64,000 nucleotides of DNA from Thermodesulfobacteriota bacterium (GTDB taxonomy: Bacteria > Desulfobacterota > Desulfarculia > JACQYL01): contig CAXXLZ010000001.1 of the NCBI GenBank assembly GCA_963675595.2, positions 224,001 through 288,000 on the forward strand, written 5' to 3'. Made by a program: the position numbers and the translations under genes. This document shows, one piece after another, positions 49,766 through 60,555 of this stretch. The first letter of the stretch is position 1. The number at the start of each line of letters is the position of its first letter. The notes beneath the pieces are model-generated. The model did not search any database and was not told the DNA's origin. It saw only the letters and a list, made by a program, of their open reading frames with translations.

Positions 49766-51787
49766 TCATTTGAAGTCGAAATGGAAGACTCCGTCCCATC
49801 CGGTTGGGGGAGGAGAAGACTCCAGAATTTCGCAACGGGCCGCATAGGTTCGACTCGGCCCATCAGTCGGGTCCAGGGCCAAGGCTTGTTGAAAGCACCG
49901 GCGAGCTTCGGTCCAACGTAATTCTCGGTATAGCTTCAGACCTTGCGCGAACCGTTCATTGACCTTCATCCCTCGGTCATCCAAGCCGCCTTTGACCGCC
50001 TGCAATTCGAATACGGTCGCCGCCTCCTTCTTGCCTTTCACGCGGATTCGATCGAGCTCCCGGAGCTCGAACCGTGCTTCCACGAGTCGGGCGGTATTCT
50101 CTCCGATGAGAATGCCCGTATCGTAAGCTTTGTTTGCCCCTTCGAGGCGTGACGCCAAGTTCACTTCGTTTCCCAACACGGTATAGTTGAAATAGCGTTT
50201 CCCCCCCACGTTTCCCGCCACCATGTTCCCGCTGTTGATGCCTATGCGGATGGAAAGTCTCGTCTCGAATTCGGAGTCCGCCGTCGCATTCCGAGCCGTG
50301 CGCCACATTTCCAGGGCCGCGGAGCAAGCCCGAAAGGCATGGTCCGGCTGGAAAATGGGGATGCCCCACAGCGCCATGAGTGCGTCCCCGATGAACTTGT
50401 CCACCATGCCGTCCCAAGAAAACACGATTTCGGAAAACGCGCCGAGATGGCGGTTGAGCACCCGGACCAGAAGATCGGGGGGCAGACGCTCCGACAGCCC
50501 GGTGAAACCCGCCACGTCGAGGAAGAGTACGGAGGCTCTCACGGTCTCTCCGCCGAGTCGCAGTCGTTCCGGGTGCTCCAGCAATCGGGTCACCACGGAG
50601 GGCGCCAGATACTTTGAAAAGGTGTTGCGGATGAAATTACGCTCTTCGCGGGTTTTCAGGTAGTGCAGAAAGGGACTCGCCAGAAACAGCGCGGTGAAGG
50701 GAGCAAAGAACCCGGAGGCGGGGACATGGTAAGAGGCGTGAGCGAACAGCATATAGCAGATGAACGCACCGGCGCCGCTTACGGCGAGCCAAAGAACAAC
50801 ACCGAAAGCGGGCCGAGTCTTATAAAACAGCCATCCGAGCAGCATGGCCGTGACTAGGCCCAACGGCAGGGCCCACTTGCGGGCAAGGCTGCGTATGGCA
50901 CGGTCTTGAAGGAAACCCGCAGCCGTTTGAGCATGGATTTCCACTCCGGACATATATCCGCCGTGGAACCGCGAGAACGGAACGGGAAAATCCTCCGGAC
51001 CTCGTGCCTCCCCGTCCGCCGCCGTTCCCGTAACCAGGCCCACCAGAACGATTTTGTCCTGAAAGGTTTCCGGCGGAAGGTGTTTCTCAGGCTCCAATGC
51101 TTGATAATAAGAGACCATGGGAACGGTTCGCGCGGGCCCGAGAAACGGGATGCCGATTTCCGATGTCTCCTGTGCGGGCCGGTCCACGGCCTTCCCTCCG
51201 GCACCGGATTCCCAGTAAAGCGCGACCGCCGCCGTAGCCAAGGCCGGCAGGCCTCCGGCGAAGCGTTTGAATCTTCGGACGAACCCGTCCGGGTCCACCG
51301 GGAAGTTCACCACGGCGGAGACCGTGTGTTCTCCCCGCAGGGAGGGAAGGGCTTCCACCAGGATTTCCTGAACGAAACGTCGTTCTTGGACCACGTGGAG
51401 GTCGGCCGCCAGTATGACCGGTTCGTGCCGAGCCAAGGCTTCGGCGAGAAGCCGGTCCTGTTCCGGATCCGATGGTTCGGCGAACACCAGGTCGAAGGCC
51501 ACGACGCGGGCCCCGCATTGAAACAGGGAATCGATGAGTCGTGCATGAAGGCCTCTGGGCCAGGGCCATCTTTGATTCAGCACGCCGAAAGAGGGTTCGT
51601 CCACGGCCACGATGACGATCTCTTCGGGTGGTTGGACGGGACCTCTCATTTCGAAGAGGCAATCGTAGGCGAGCCGGTCCAGCGTTGCGCCCCAAGGGGA
51701 AAGACAAAACCCGATGGAAATCGATAAGGCCAAGACGGGGATGAGGATCGAGAGAAATCTGTTTTTGTTTTCGTCCGGCTTGGTCAC
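49766..51787 (-). CDS. CHASE2-domain adenylate/guanylate cyclase with C-terminal TPR-like tail
   Basis: IVAVDE...WPWPR, DPDGFVRR and GVEIHA (CHASE2); three TM helices; FLDVAGFT, DKFIGDALMA and GNEVNLASRLEG (Lys in DKFIGD suggests adenylate specificity). Confidence 0.94.
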   Translation of the reverse strand: MTKPDENKNRFLSILIPVLALSISIGFCLSPWGATLDRLAYDCLFEMRGPVQPPEEIVIVAVDEPSFGVLNQRWPWPRGLHARLIDSLFQCGARVVAFDLVFAEPSDPEQDRLLAEALARHEPVILAADLHVVQERRFVQEILVEALPSLRGEHTVSAVVNFPVDPDGFVRRFKRFAGGLPALATAAVALYWESGAGGKAVDRPAQETSEIGIPFLGPARTVPMVSYYQALEPEKHLPPETFQDKIVLVGLVTGTAADGEARGPEDFPVPFSRFHGGYMSGVEIHAQTAAGFLQDRAIRSLARKWALPLGLVTAMLLGWLFYKTRPAFGVVLWLAVSGAGAFICYMLFAHASYHVPASGFFAPFTALFLASPFLHYLKTREERNFIRNTFSKYLAPSVVTRLLEHPERLRLGGETVRASVLFLDVAGFTGLSERLPPDLLVRVLNRHLGAFSEIVFSWDGMVDKFIGDALMALWGIPIFQPDHAFRACSAALEMWRTARNATADSEFETRLSIRIGINSGNMVAGNVGGKRYFNYTVLGNEVNLASRLEGANKAYDTGILIGENTARLVEARFELRELDRIRVKGKKEAATVFELQAVKGGLDDRGMKVNERFAQGLKLYRELRWTEARRCFQQALALDPTDGPSRTYAARCEILESSPPPTGWDGVFHFDFK

Positions 51788-51898
51788 CGATACTCCTCAA
51801 ATGCGCACTGATCCATCACCGCGATCCTTGGGCGATGGGCTTCCGCAGTTTCCCGATCAATATTAAGGGAGAGTGCTTCCGTACCGGGTTCCGGGGTG

Positions 51899-54800
51899 CT
51901 AGAAGTTGACGGACAAGGTCAGAAAAATTTCCCGCTCCGGAATCCGACCGTTGAACACGAACAGATCCGTTACCCAGTCGAACTGCCGATCGAACAAGTT
52001 CCGTATGTCCAGACGGATGGCCCCGGTCTTTCCGGGAAACTCGTATGCGATTCCCAGGTCCGTGATCCAGAGGCTCTCGTTGGAGCGGTCGGCCGATTTC
52101 ATGTCCTGCAGTCGGAAAGTCTCGGACAACTGAGCGGAAATTCCGGTGGAATGGACGAAAACCAACCGAGCGCTTGCCAAGTGATCCCTCCGGTCCGTCT
52201 CGGGCAGGTTCTCATCGTCCACGTCCATGAACCGGTATTCCGCCGCGAAACCCAGGCCTTCACCCACGAGCTGGTTCCATGAGGTTCGGAATCCCCTTGA
52301 GCGCCCCCGTTCGGTGGATTCGACCACTGCGTCGTCTTCTCTGTAACTGGAAGTGAAGCGCCGCTCCAAATAGAAAAGGTTTGCGGCGACGAAACCGGAA
52401 GACCATTCGTATTCCCATGCCAGGTCCGCCTCCTCGGCCACGGCCCCTTCAAGGGCGTTGCGGAAGATGGGAATGCCGGCGATTTCGAGCGGATCGATAC
52501 GGTTGGCATCGAACGGCAGTAAATAGCGAAAGGCGGCCAGTCGGAAGGTGTGTCCACGGAACGGGCCGGCAATCAGGCCGAGACGGGGGTTGAATTCGTC
52601 TCTCGTCCAATGGGTTCCGTTGTACGAGTTGCTTTTGCGGATGGAGTCCAGATAGGCGGAAGCCTCGAGAACCAGTTGGGGCGTAAGAGTCCAAACGTCT
52701 TGAACGTAGTAGCTGTGAAACTCGTTGCATAGACGATTGGAGAACGTTTCCGGTTCAAGGGGAATTCGGTCGCCGTTTTCGTTGTAGAAGTAGTCGATCC
52801 GGGCGTCCAGGTCGTTGTCGCCCCAAAAATGCACCGTGCCCGCCATGAGCTGGTGATCGCCGAAACGAAACCATTGCTGGGCTTGGATTTGGATGTAGGG
52901 TCTGGCAAAGTCGTCCTGTTCCAGAGTCTCGATGGAAAAGGAGGGATCGGGAGGGAACTCGAAAGGGCCGTAAACCTCGTGATTCACCAGCGTTCCGTGG
53001 GTGTTCAGCAGGGTGGAGAAAAACATGAAGTCCGTGTGGGGGCTGAAATGATGATGATAGCCCAGTTCAAGGCGAGACAGTCGTGTCTTCGAGTACTCTT
53101 CCGGGTCCGCGGGACTCGAAACCTCGAAGCGAGGGTAGATCGCGTCCCCCTGTTTTCCGTCGAAGTGAGAGGCGGCCAGCATAACACCGTCACGGGGGGT
53201 GGGGTCCCATTTGAGGGTGGTGCTCGCCCCGCTGCTGCGTTCGTAGTCGGTTTCCCGCCAACCTTGGGTTTCGGCGTGATTCGCTCCGAAGGAGAAGGCC
53301 GTGTCGAGTCCCGGCAAAGCGCCGTAAAATAGGGCGCTCCCACCGAAGCTCTCCTGGGTGCCCATGTATCCCGTGAGTGTTCCGTTGATCGCAGGTCGTT
53401 CGAAAAACGACGTATAATCATTGAACCGGTTGAAGGAGTTCAGGTTGGCGGGCTGCAGGATGCGGGCCACGAGCGCTTCCGAGGCGCCCACTCGCCCAAG
53501 CCCTTCCTGAGCGAAATAGGCGCCGGAGAGAAACAGGTGCCCCGCGAAATTGGTGTAGTCCTGTTTTACGGAAGCGGAAGCCTTTCCGGCCGCCCATGCC
53601 GAGAGTCCCAGCTGGTCGTAGATGACGGACAGGTTGACATTTTTGACGGCCAAATCGCGATCCAGGAGAAAGCGGGAACGATATACGGCCCTGCGATCGT
53701 TGAGTTCCATGGAACGGTTCAATGCCTTCACGGCCTCGGAGGAGCGGTTGAGGTCCCTCAGCAGGATACTTCGATAAAGATGAGGTGTGGGGTCCTCCGG
53801 ATCCAGGATGGCGGCTTCTTCGAACAACTCCAGGGCCTTTTCGAAGCGGCCGGTTTGGGCGAGCATCTTGCCCCAATAACTCAGGAAGAGAGAGCGTCCG
53901 GGTTCCAGCAGCACGGCGGTGGTGATCTCCTCCTGAGCCCGGTTCGTTTCCCCCAAGCGCATGAAAGCCAGGGCCAGACCCAGGTGGGGTTCCGCCATAC
54001 CCGGATCGATATCCAATGCTTTTTCAAAAGAGGAGAGGGCCGATCCGGTCTTTCGGAGTGCGAGTCGGATGAAGCCGTGAAGATTCCAGGCGTCCGCCGA
54101 AAGGGGGGATTGATCCAGGGCCGTTTCCACCAAGGATCGGGCTTGATCCATATCGTCGCTTCCGAACTTCAGCCGGGCGAGGTGCACCAGAGCGGTGACG
54201 TTGTTCGGATCAAGGTCGATCGCGTGCTCCAAGGATTTGCCGGCGCCGTCCAGGTCGAAGACCGACTGCTGCACGTAGCCGAGCACGATCCATGAGGACG
54301 GGGAGGTCGAGGCGTTTTCGGTTCCCCGACGTGCTTGACCGAGGGCTGTCTCCTTGTCGCCCTCCAGTAGGGAGATGAGGGCCGTCAGACTCCACGCCGG
54401 TCCCATATCCGGGAACTTCCCGATTACGACTCTCAGAATTTCGCCGGCGTCCCGAATCCGTCGATCCCGCATAAGGATCAGGGCTTCCTGGATGCGGAAC
54501 CGGGGAAAGTCCGGATAGAGCGCGATACCTCGTCGGATCATTTCCAGCGCTTCCTCGGTTCGATTCGATCGCCCGTAAGCGGCGGAAAACCCCAGGAAGG
54601 TTCGTGCGTTCGGTTGGGACACGGAAGCAAGCAGCGACAGGGCTCCTTGGGGGTCGTCTTGATCCAATCGTGTCCAGGCAAGGCCGGTGAGAGCGTCGGA
54701 TCGACGCGGATGTTCCGAAAGCACTTCCCGGAACAAGGAGGCCGCGGCTTCCGCATCCCCCAAGTCACGCAGCAACCAAGCCAGGGCCTCTTTGCTTTCC

Positions 54801-55651
54801 GGATCTTGGGGGTCTTCTTCCAATCGTGTTCTCAGGCTCCGAAGTTGTTGTTCCGCTGAAGCCCGATCAACCGTGACAAGCGGCAGGTCCCTCGGCTCCA
54901 CCAAGTCCGGGAGCGTGATGGTCCATTGAACCGCGTCTTGCGGAGACAAGAGAAGCTCTTTGCTGATGGGCTTCCCCGGACGCGCGATGATGCGTTCTCC
55001 AGCCCGGACGTCGGTATTGCCCGTATCGTTCCACGCCGCCACGCTTCCCTCCAGCACCGTGAGAACGACGGTGCGGTCGGGTTCCACTCGCAAGTTGAGC
55101 TCCGTACCCCGGAGACCTCCTGTGATCGTGGGAGTTTCGATGTCGATGCGTGTGTCCCGGTTCTTGTTGCGGAACCAGGCTTCCCCTGATTCCAGCCGGT
55201 AGAGGGAATCGGAAGCCGACTCTGCTGCGGGTCGAACGGCCTGACGCCCCAGCCATCCGGCCGTGGGCGTGATCTTCTTCAGGATGAACAGGGTGTTTCG
55301 ATTGAGCTGAACGAGGGTTTCATCCGCGAGCAGCACGGCGGCCCAACCGTCCGCCCCGGTTCGGACCGCTTCACCGGCCTTCAACTCTGTTCCGGGGGCG
55401 GCTTTCTTCCACTCCGGACCCACGTGAAGGCTCACTTCCACCCGGCCTCTCGTGTCTATGATCTTGCCCGAGGGCGGAGCTTGAGCAGCGTGGGCAGAGG
55501 TTGCGAGGAACAACAGAAAACAACAGAGCCACAGGGCAAGCCCGAAGGAAAGGCAAGATGACCGCGGCACAGACGCCGAAACCTGACCGGCAAGTCCGGG
55601 ATTTCCTATCGGGATGCCCGTACTGCGCGGCTTCAGGGTTCGAAAAACCAT
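51899..55651 (-). CDS. FecR-TPR-beta-barrel outer-membrane protein (NsrA-like)
   Basis: Signal peptide, FecR domain (VRTGADG, TPTITGGLRGT, VLEGSV), multiple TPRs, VYRSRFLLDRD and a barrel ending RNLFD...LSVNF. Start uncertain. Confidence 0.88.
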   Translation of the reverse strand: MVFRTLKPRSTGIPIGNPGLAGQVSASVPRSSCLSFGLALWLCCFLLFLATSAHAAQAPPSGKIIDTRGRVEVSLHVGPEWKKAAPGTELKAGEAVRTGADGWAAVLLADETLVQLNRNTLFILKKITPTAGWLGRQAVRPAAESASDSLYRLESGEAWFRNKNRDTRIDIETPTITGGLRGTELNLRVEPDRTVVLTVLEGSVAAWNDTGNTDVRAGERIIARPGKPISKELLLSPQDAVQWTITLPDLVEPRDLPLVTVDRASAEQQLRSLRTRLEEDPQDPESKEALAWLLRDLGDAEAAASLFREVLSEHPRRSDALTGLAWTRLDQDDPQGALSLLASVSQPNARTFLGFSAAYGRSNRTEEALEMIRRGIALYPDFPRFRIQEALILMRDRRIRDAGEILRVVIGKFPDMGPAWSLTALISLLEGDKETALGQARRGTENASTSPSSWIVLGYVQQSVFDLDGAGKSLEHAIDLDPNNVTALVHLARLKFGSDDMDQARSLVETALDQSPLSADAWNLHGFIRLALRKTGSALSSFEKALDIDPGMAEPHLGLALAFMRLGETNRAQEEITTAVLLEPGRSLFLSYWGKMLAQTGRFEKALELFEEAAILDPEDPTPHLYRSILLRDLNRSSEAVKALNRSMELNDRRAVYRSRFLLDRDLAVKNVNLSVIYDQLGLSAWAAGKASASVKQDYTNFAGHLFLSGAYFAQEGLGRVGASEALVARILQPANLNSFNRFNDYTSFFERPAINGTLTGYMGTQESFGGSALFYGALPGLDTAFSFGANHAETQGWRETDYERSSGASTTLKWDPTPRDGVMLAASHFDGKQGDAIYPRFEVSSPADPEEYSKTRLSRLELGYHHHFSPHTDFMFFSTLLNTHGTLVNHEVYGPFEFPPDPSFSIETLEQDDFARPYIQIQAQQWFRFGDHQLMAGTVHFWGDNDLDARIDYFYNENGDRIPLEPETFSNRLCNEFHSYYVQDVWTLTPQLVLEASAYLDSIRKSNSYNGTHWTRDEFNPRLGLIAGPFRGHTFRLAAFRYLLPFDANRIDPLEIAGIPIFRNALEGAVAEEADLAWEYEWSSGFVAANLFYLERRFTSSYREDDAVVESTERGRSRGFRTSWNQLVGEGLGFAAEYRFMDVDDENLPETDRRDHLASARLVFVHSTGISAQLSETFRLQDMKSADRSNESLWITDLGIAYEFPGKTGAIRLDIRNLFDRQFDWVTDLFVFNGRIPEREIFLTLSVNF

Positions 55652-56594
55652 GAGTCGTTTTCTTGCGGTTTGAGAAGGCCAGGGATTGGAGCGGCAATGG
55701 GCAAACGAACCGACGAACAAAGCGGCCTCCGGTGTTATTGGACGCAATGTCTTTCTGAAGTCGTTGTGCTGATGGCTCATCGTTCTTTGATGATCGGTTC
55801 GAGGAAATCGTCGGGACAAAGAATCCGAGCCGTGCATCAACTTACCATAGGCGATTGAGAGTAACCACGGAAAATCAGGAAGTGCCCGGGATTCATGACG
55901 AAGCGGCGACACGCGGTCCGATCGTTCAACATCGTTGGGTTTCTATGACGAGATCGACATGTCTGGACGAACGTCGGAGAATCTATAATTGATGGACTTT
56001 CGAGAGGACGGCATAAGTGGATCCACGGCTGGAGGATCTTTAACGGACAATTCCGGCAGGAGCGTCCCTCTGATCCCGGACGAAGGGCGGTGTTAAAGCT
56101 AATTTATGGATATCATAGAGTTATTATCTGAGCAGAAAAGTGAAAAAGAACTCTGGAGCCCATGAGGGTTCTCAAGCCTTTGTGTCAACGGAGAGAAGAT
56201 GACGTTCGTTCAATCTATTTCTAATAGACCTCCGGAAAGCCGAAAATCCGGGCCATCGGGATGGATAGGATTGATGAACTGCTTTTAACATGTTGAATTT
56301 GAAGGAACTTTATCGGGGAATCCAGTTCCATGTACGTAAATGTGATTCAGGGTATAGTTCTTGCTCTCAAAAACATGGCCGTCCCTGGGGTGCCCGGGTC
56401 CGGTGCGGCTGTCCGTGCAGTCTTTTCGAAATGCTTGCAGGGCACCCGACGCCGGGATCAGGGCGGGGGAGTGTGGCAAACGGAGACCGTGTCGTTATTT
56501 CGCTTCTCGATCCCCCGGGCGGCTCCCGGGACCCCCGAAAGAGAACCGTGTTCCCGCTGGGGACACCACAAAGTCATCGATGGAGACAGGCAAC

Positions 56595-57044
56595 ATGGAA
56601 CAAACCGCGGGCAAGGTAAATGAAAGACGGGACGTCTTGGGCCAAATCCTAAGCGGAAAAGACGAGCAGTGGAGCTCCGACCTGGACGAACTCACCCGAT
56701 TGACCCGCATCGCAGCTTCACCCAGGCGTTTAGTGAGAATGCCGGAACCTTCCGCCAAGAAGACTGCGGCAACGTCTCGAAAGAGGGGCCCCAAGCGTAA
56801 GACCACATCCTACTTGTACCCGGTGCTCTTTGAACGCTTGGGGAAAGCCAAGTCTCGTCTCCGGAGGTTGGCCCCCAAAGAAATTCAGGTCAAAGTGTCC
56901 AAATCGGAAATCGTCAACTGTGCCCTCATGATGGCGCTGGACGAGTTCGACTCCACGGCCGACGACAGCCGACTGGTTCGACTGATGCTTTCGGACAAGC
57001 CGAAGAAGAGCGGACGCAAAGAATCACCCGGGGAAAGCTCTTAA
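56595..57044 (+). CDS. Hypothetical protein with probable C-terminal ribbon-helix-helix (ParG-like)
   Basis: RBS GGAGACAGG; basic linker then KRKTTSYL strand, helix, and VSKSEIVNCALMMAL helix; directly upstream of ParA. Confidence 0.6.
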   Translation: MEQTAGKVNERRDVLGQILSGKDEQWSSDLDELTRLTRIAASPRRLVRMPEPSAKKTAATSRKRGPKRKTTSYLYPVLFERLGKAKSRLRRLAPKEIQVKVSKSEIVNCALMMALDEFDSTADDSRLVRLMLSDKPKKSGRKESPGESS

Positions 57045-57188
57045 CGAGTTTCCCGGACTGCGACCGAACGAATGTGAGCCCCTCCGGGGTCGCATTGTTC
57101 GCGGGATTCGAGTCCCGGGAGGAAGGGGACTTTTCATAATCAAACCATTTCCAGCACATTGGAAATAAGCTTCGAGGGAGCAAGGCCC

Positions 57189-58253
57189 ATGACGATCACC
57201 TGCCCCCAATGCAAGACCCGGCACGACATCGACGAAAGCCGGATTCCGCCTCAAGCTACCATGGCCCGGTGCAGAAGGTGTGGGCACCGGTTTCCGCTGG
57301 AGGCGAAGAGCAAAGGTAACGGCAACGGCAACGTATCGGAAGAATCCAAGAAAGCACTGATGGAAGAGGGCGGTCGGGAGGCCCGAATCATCGGTGTCAT
57401 GCTCAGCAAAGGCGGTGTGGGGAAAACCACCACGGCGGTGAACCTCTCGGCCGGATTGGCCATGGCGGGATTTCAAACGCTGCTTATCGACACCGACACG
57501 CAAGGGCAGGGAAGCTATATGCTGGGTGTCACGCCTGAGTGCGGGCTGACCGAGCTTCTGATGGGCGAGGTCGGACATGATGACGCCATTGTAAATGCGC
57601 GCGACAATCTCTGGCTCCTGGCGGGCGGGAAGTCGCTGGCAGGAGTGAAGCGGGTCATCGACCGTAAGGACTTCGGCGGTGAGTGGACCCTCTCGGAATC
57701 CTTGGCTCCGCTGAGCACCCGTTTCGATTACATCATTGTGGATTCTTCTCCCGGTTGGGACCCCGTCACGGTGAACGTGCTGTTTTACGTCCAAGAAGTT
57801 TTGACTCCGGTTTCCCTGGAAGCCATGTCGCTTCAGGGACTCTCCGAATTTCTCAAGAGTCTGAACGCCATTCGCAGGTACAACGACAAAGTCAGGCACG
57901 AGTACATTCTGCCCACGTTCCTGGACAAGCGGGTGAAACATCCCTTCGAACTCTTGGACAGGTTGTCCAAAATCTATCCTGATATCATGTGCAAGCCCAT
58001 TCGTTACAATGTGCGGCTTTCCGAAGCTCCGGCTTCGGGTATGACCATCTTCGAGTTCGCACCCCAGTCTCCGGGCGCTCAGGATTACGGCGAGCTGGTC
58101 AAGAGGATTGCCGGTGAAGGTAAAGGCATGACTGCGGTGAAGACGGCGGATGACGGTTCGACCGACGGTACTCGAGTCTCTTCTCCTCTCCACGAAAGGG
58201 GAGGCGCTCCGAAGAGTGCCCCCGTCGAGATTCGTTCGGTGACCGCGCACTGA
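57189..58253 (+). CDS. ParA/Soj family ATPase with N-terminal zinc-ribbon domain
   Basis: CPQC...CRRC (MJ0042-type zinc ribbon), deviant Walker A SKGGVGKTTT, IDTDTQG, DYIIVDSSP and IRYNVRLSEAP. Confidence 0.92.
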   Translation: MTITCPQCKTRHDIDESRIPPQATMARCRRCGHRFPLEAKSKGNGNGNVSEESKKALMEEGGREARIIGVMLSKGGVGKTTTAVNLSAGLAMAGFQTLLIDTDTQGQGSYMLGVTPECGLTELLMGEVGHDDAIVNARDNLWLLAGGKSLAGVKRVIDRKDFGGEWTLSESLAPLSTRFDYIIVDSSPGWDPVTVNVLFYVQEVLTPVSLEAMSLQGLSEFLKSLNAIRRYNDKVRHEYILPTFLDKRVKHPFELLDRLSKIYPDIMCKPIRYNVRLSEAPASGMTIFEFAPQSPGAQDYGELVKRIAGEGKGMTAVKTADDGSTDGTRVSSPLHERGGAPKSAPVEIRSVTAH

Positions 58254-58434
58254 GTTCGGGCTGTGAACGGCACATGTCGGTATCGCCGCCGACGATTTCG
58301 GAATCAGGGAAGCACAATACGGTTGGCCCGCGATTGCCGCTCTTCGGAGCGGCTGTGAGGGGACGCCCCGGAAGATTCGGGCGATCGACGACAATCATTG
58401 AATAGAGCCGACTCACGGCCCTAGGACGGATAAC

Positions 58435-59679
58435 ATGGAACTGGTTCATTCCGCCGCCCAGGATATTGTGGAAGAATCTACACCCAAAACCGGCCCCGCC
58501 AAGGAAGTGGTCGCTCTGGCCATTCAAGCGACTCAGGAGGTCTTTCGATACGCGGACAAGACCCACCCGGGCGTTGCCGTGCTGTTCAAACTGGGAGTCC
58601 GACGCCGAGCCAGGGCCATGAGCTTTGGAAGCGATCCGGGCGTTGCCAGGGAGAGACTGTTCCTGAAGCAACTGGCCCCCGGCACTCGCAGGCCGGAAGA
58701 GCCTATGGGCTGCGGTCCTTACCGCATACAAGCGCCCGTGGTCGACCTGCCCTCGACGCCCAATATCTATGATCGTTTGGCGGAGGCGGTGCAGGTGGGA
58801 CGAAAATCGCCTCAGGGGCTGAAAGACATCATTGCCGATCACGAAGGCTTGGAGTCAAATTTACTCCTCGCGGCCAACCTGGGGCTGTACGGTGAGGTCG
58901 GTCGAATCGATAACCTGGAACGTGCGGCGGCGCTCATCGGCGGAGACATGCTGTATTCTCTGGCGGCTTGCTTGGTGGTGATGGAGGATTTTCGGGATGT
59001 TCCGGAAGACCTCACGGAAGCGCGGGCATTTTTCCAGCATGGTTTGGCCGCCGGGGTTCTGGCACGTACCATTGCTTCCACCACGGAATTCGGAGACTAT
59101 TTACGTTTTTTTCTGGCCGGTTTCCTGCATGATTTGGGGCGGCTCATTGTGTTCAAGAACCGGCCCGGTGGGGCTGCACGGGCTCTGGCCAAAGCTCGGG
59201 AGAAGCAGGTCTTCCTTTCGTCGGTGGAGCCCGAGGAAATCGGATATGATCATGCCACCGCGGGAGGCGCCTTTCTGCGTCGATGGAATTTCCAGAGACC
59301 GATCCGTATCGCCGTTCTTAACCATCACGTGCCGGAAATAGCCGCCTCGGTGCGGGAAAGCGCCGTGATACACTTGGCGGATGCCATGAGTCGGGCCATG
59401 GGATACGGGTTCTCCGGCGAGTTCTTCGTGCCTCCGATTCGGGAGGCGGCTTGGGAATCTCTGGATTTGAGCCCCAAGGACCTCAAGGAGATCGGTCTGA
59501 GAGCGATGGAAATTCTCGATCCCCTTCTGGGCACGGAAGAGGTCGAGATGAGTGCCTCCGTTCCGGAGGTTAAGACCTCTGCCGACCCTGAGCCGAAGCC
59601 TTCCCAGTCGGAGCCCGTGCCTCAAGAAGGTGCATCCGCCGAGGTGGAAGACGCGGAAGTTCCATTCGAGTTCTTCTGA
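58435..59679 (+). CDS. HDOD domain protein
   Basis: LPSTP, LLAAN, FFQHGLAAG, FLAGFLHDLGRL, GYDHA, WNF and NHH. Confidence 0.92.
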   Translation: MELVHSAAQDIVEESTPKTGPAKEVVALAIQATQEVFRYADKTHPGVAVLFKLGVRRRARAMSFGSDPGVARERLFLKQLAPGTRRPEEPMGCGPYRIQAPVVDLPSTPNIYDRLAEAVQVGRKSPQGLKDIIADHEGLESNLLLAANLGLYGEVGRIDNLERAAALIGGDMLYSLAACLVVMEDFRDVPEDLTEARAFFQHGLAAGVLARTIASTTEFGDYLRFFLAGFLHDLGRLIVFKNRPGGAARALAKAREKQVFLSSVEPEEIGYDHATAGGAFLRRWNFQRPIRIAVLNHHVPEIAASVRESAVIHLADAMSRAMGYGFSGEFFVPPIREAAWESLDLSPKDLKEIGLRAMEILDPLLGTEEVEMSASVPEVKTSADPEPKPSQSEPVPQEGASAEVEDAEVPFEFF

Positions 59680-59752
59680 GAGCACTCTCGCGCTTGAGTG
59701 TCCCCGAGACCTGCGGTGCGGTCATCTCCTCACGCAGCGGGTTCCGTCCGGT

Positions 59753-59950
59753 TCAATCGGAGGAGGTTTCTTCAAGCAATATGCGATGATCCACGAGGCT
59801 GAGCCTTTTGATCACCGCGCTGACTTCACGTCGTTCACCGAAAATGTTCACCAACACCAGCTTTCCGTCCTGGAACTCCGCCGTGTCGATGCTTTCGAGC
59901 AGTTTCTCTTCGTTTCCATCCTTTAGAATGTAGGCGTCTGCTTCACACAT
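59753..59950 (-). CDS. cooT: CooT family nickel-binding protein
   Basis: MCEADAY N-terminal Cys2, NIFGE and LVDHRILL; 65 aa. Confidence 0.9.
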   Translation of the reverse strand: MCEADAYILKDGNEEKLLESIDTAEFQDGKLVLVNIFGERREVSAVIKRLSLVDHRILLEETSSD

Positions 59951-60380
59951 TATTAAATATCTCCCTAAGCTTGCGGATGATGATTTCAACCAGGTGAGGT
60001 AATGGTTCCTCGCGGATTCCTATAATTTCCACGGGCTCCTGGGTAAGCGGCACCAACAGCTTCAGAGCGGGGCTGCGGCCTATGGCCTCGGAGATGCCGG
60101 CGGTGACTTCCCCAAGCATCGCGTCGGCCAGCAACGTGGCGATGGGCGCGACAATGACGTCGGCCTGCCGAACCGTGCAGCGGATGGCGTTCTCTCCTGT
60201 GGCCCCCCGATTGGCTTTAGCCTTGAGCATCTGGGCCGTGGCAATGGAGTTGGTTCCCAGGGCGAGAATCTCAAATCTCTCACCGAACTCTTGCTTTATT
60301 CGTTTCACGATGCTGTACCCGATGCCGCCGCCCTGTCCATCCAGGACGCAGATTCGGGGTCTATGTTTTCCAGGGATCAA
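59943..60380 (-). CDS. DUF3842 family protein
   Basis: ICVLDGQGGGIG, ALGTNSIATAQMLKA, GATGENA and MLGEVT; probable TTG start with GGAG RBS. Confidence 0.88.
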   Translation of the reverse strand: MIPGKHRPRICVLDGQGGGIGYSIVKRIKQEFGERFEILALGTNSIATAQMLKAKANRGATGENAIRCTVRQADVIVAPIATLLADAMLGEVTAGISEAIGRSPALKLLVPLTQEPVEIIGIREEPLPHLVEIIIRKLREIFNNV

Positions 60381-60555
60381 GATTACGTTACTCCAGATGT
60401 CGAAATGTGAATTCTCGTGTATTCTCGGGGGCCTTAGGCGAGGCCTTCCAAAAGAACTCCCGAAAAGCCCGGACAAGGACTCCATGATCGAGTAGGTTGC
60501 CTCCGGCCTCATACCCAAACAAATCTTGGACTCCCCCTTCGTCCGGTCATGAACG

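Noticed and set aside
55680-56500. GGCAAAC-containing stretches as c-di-GMP-I riboswitches near the cyclase locus
   Set aside because: They lack the GNRA-capped P2 stem and the following GACGCAAAGC consensus.
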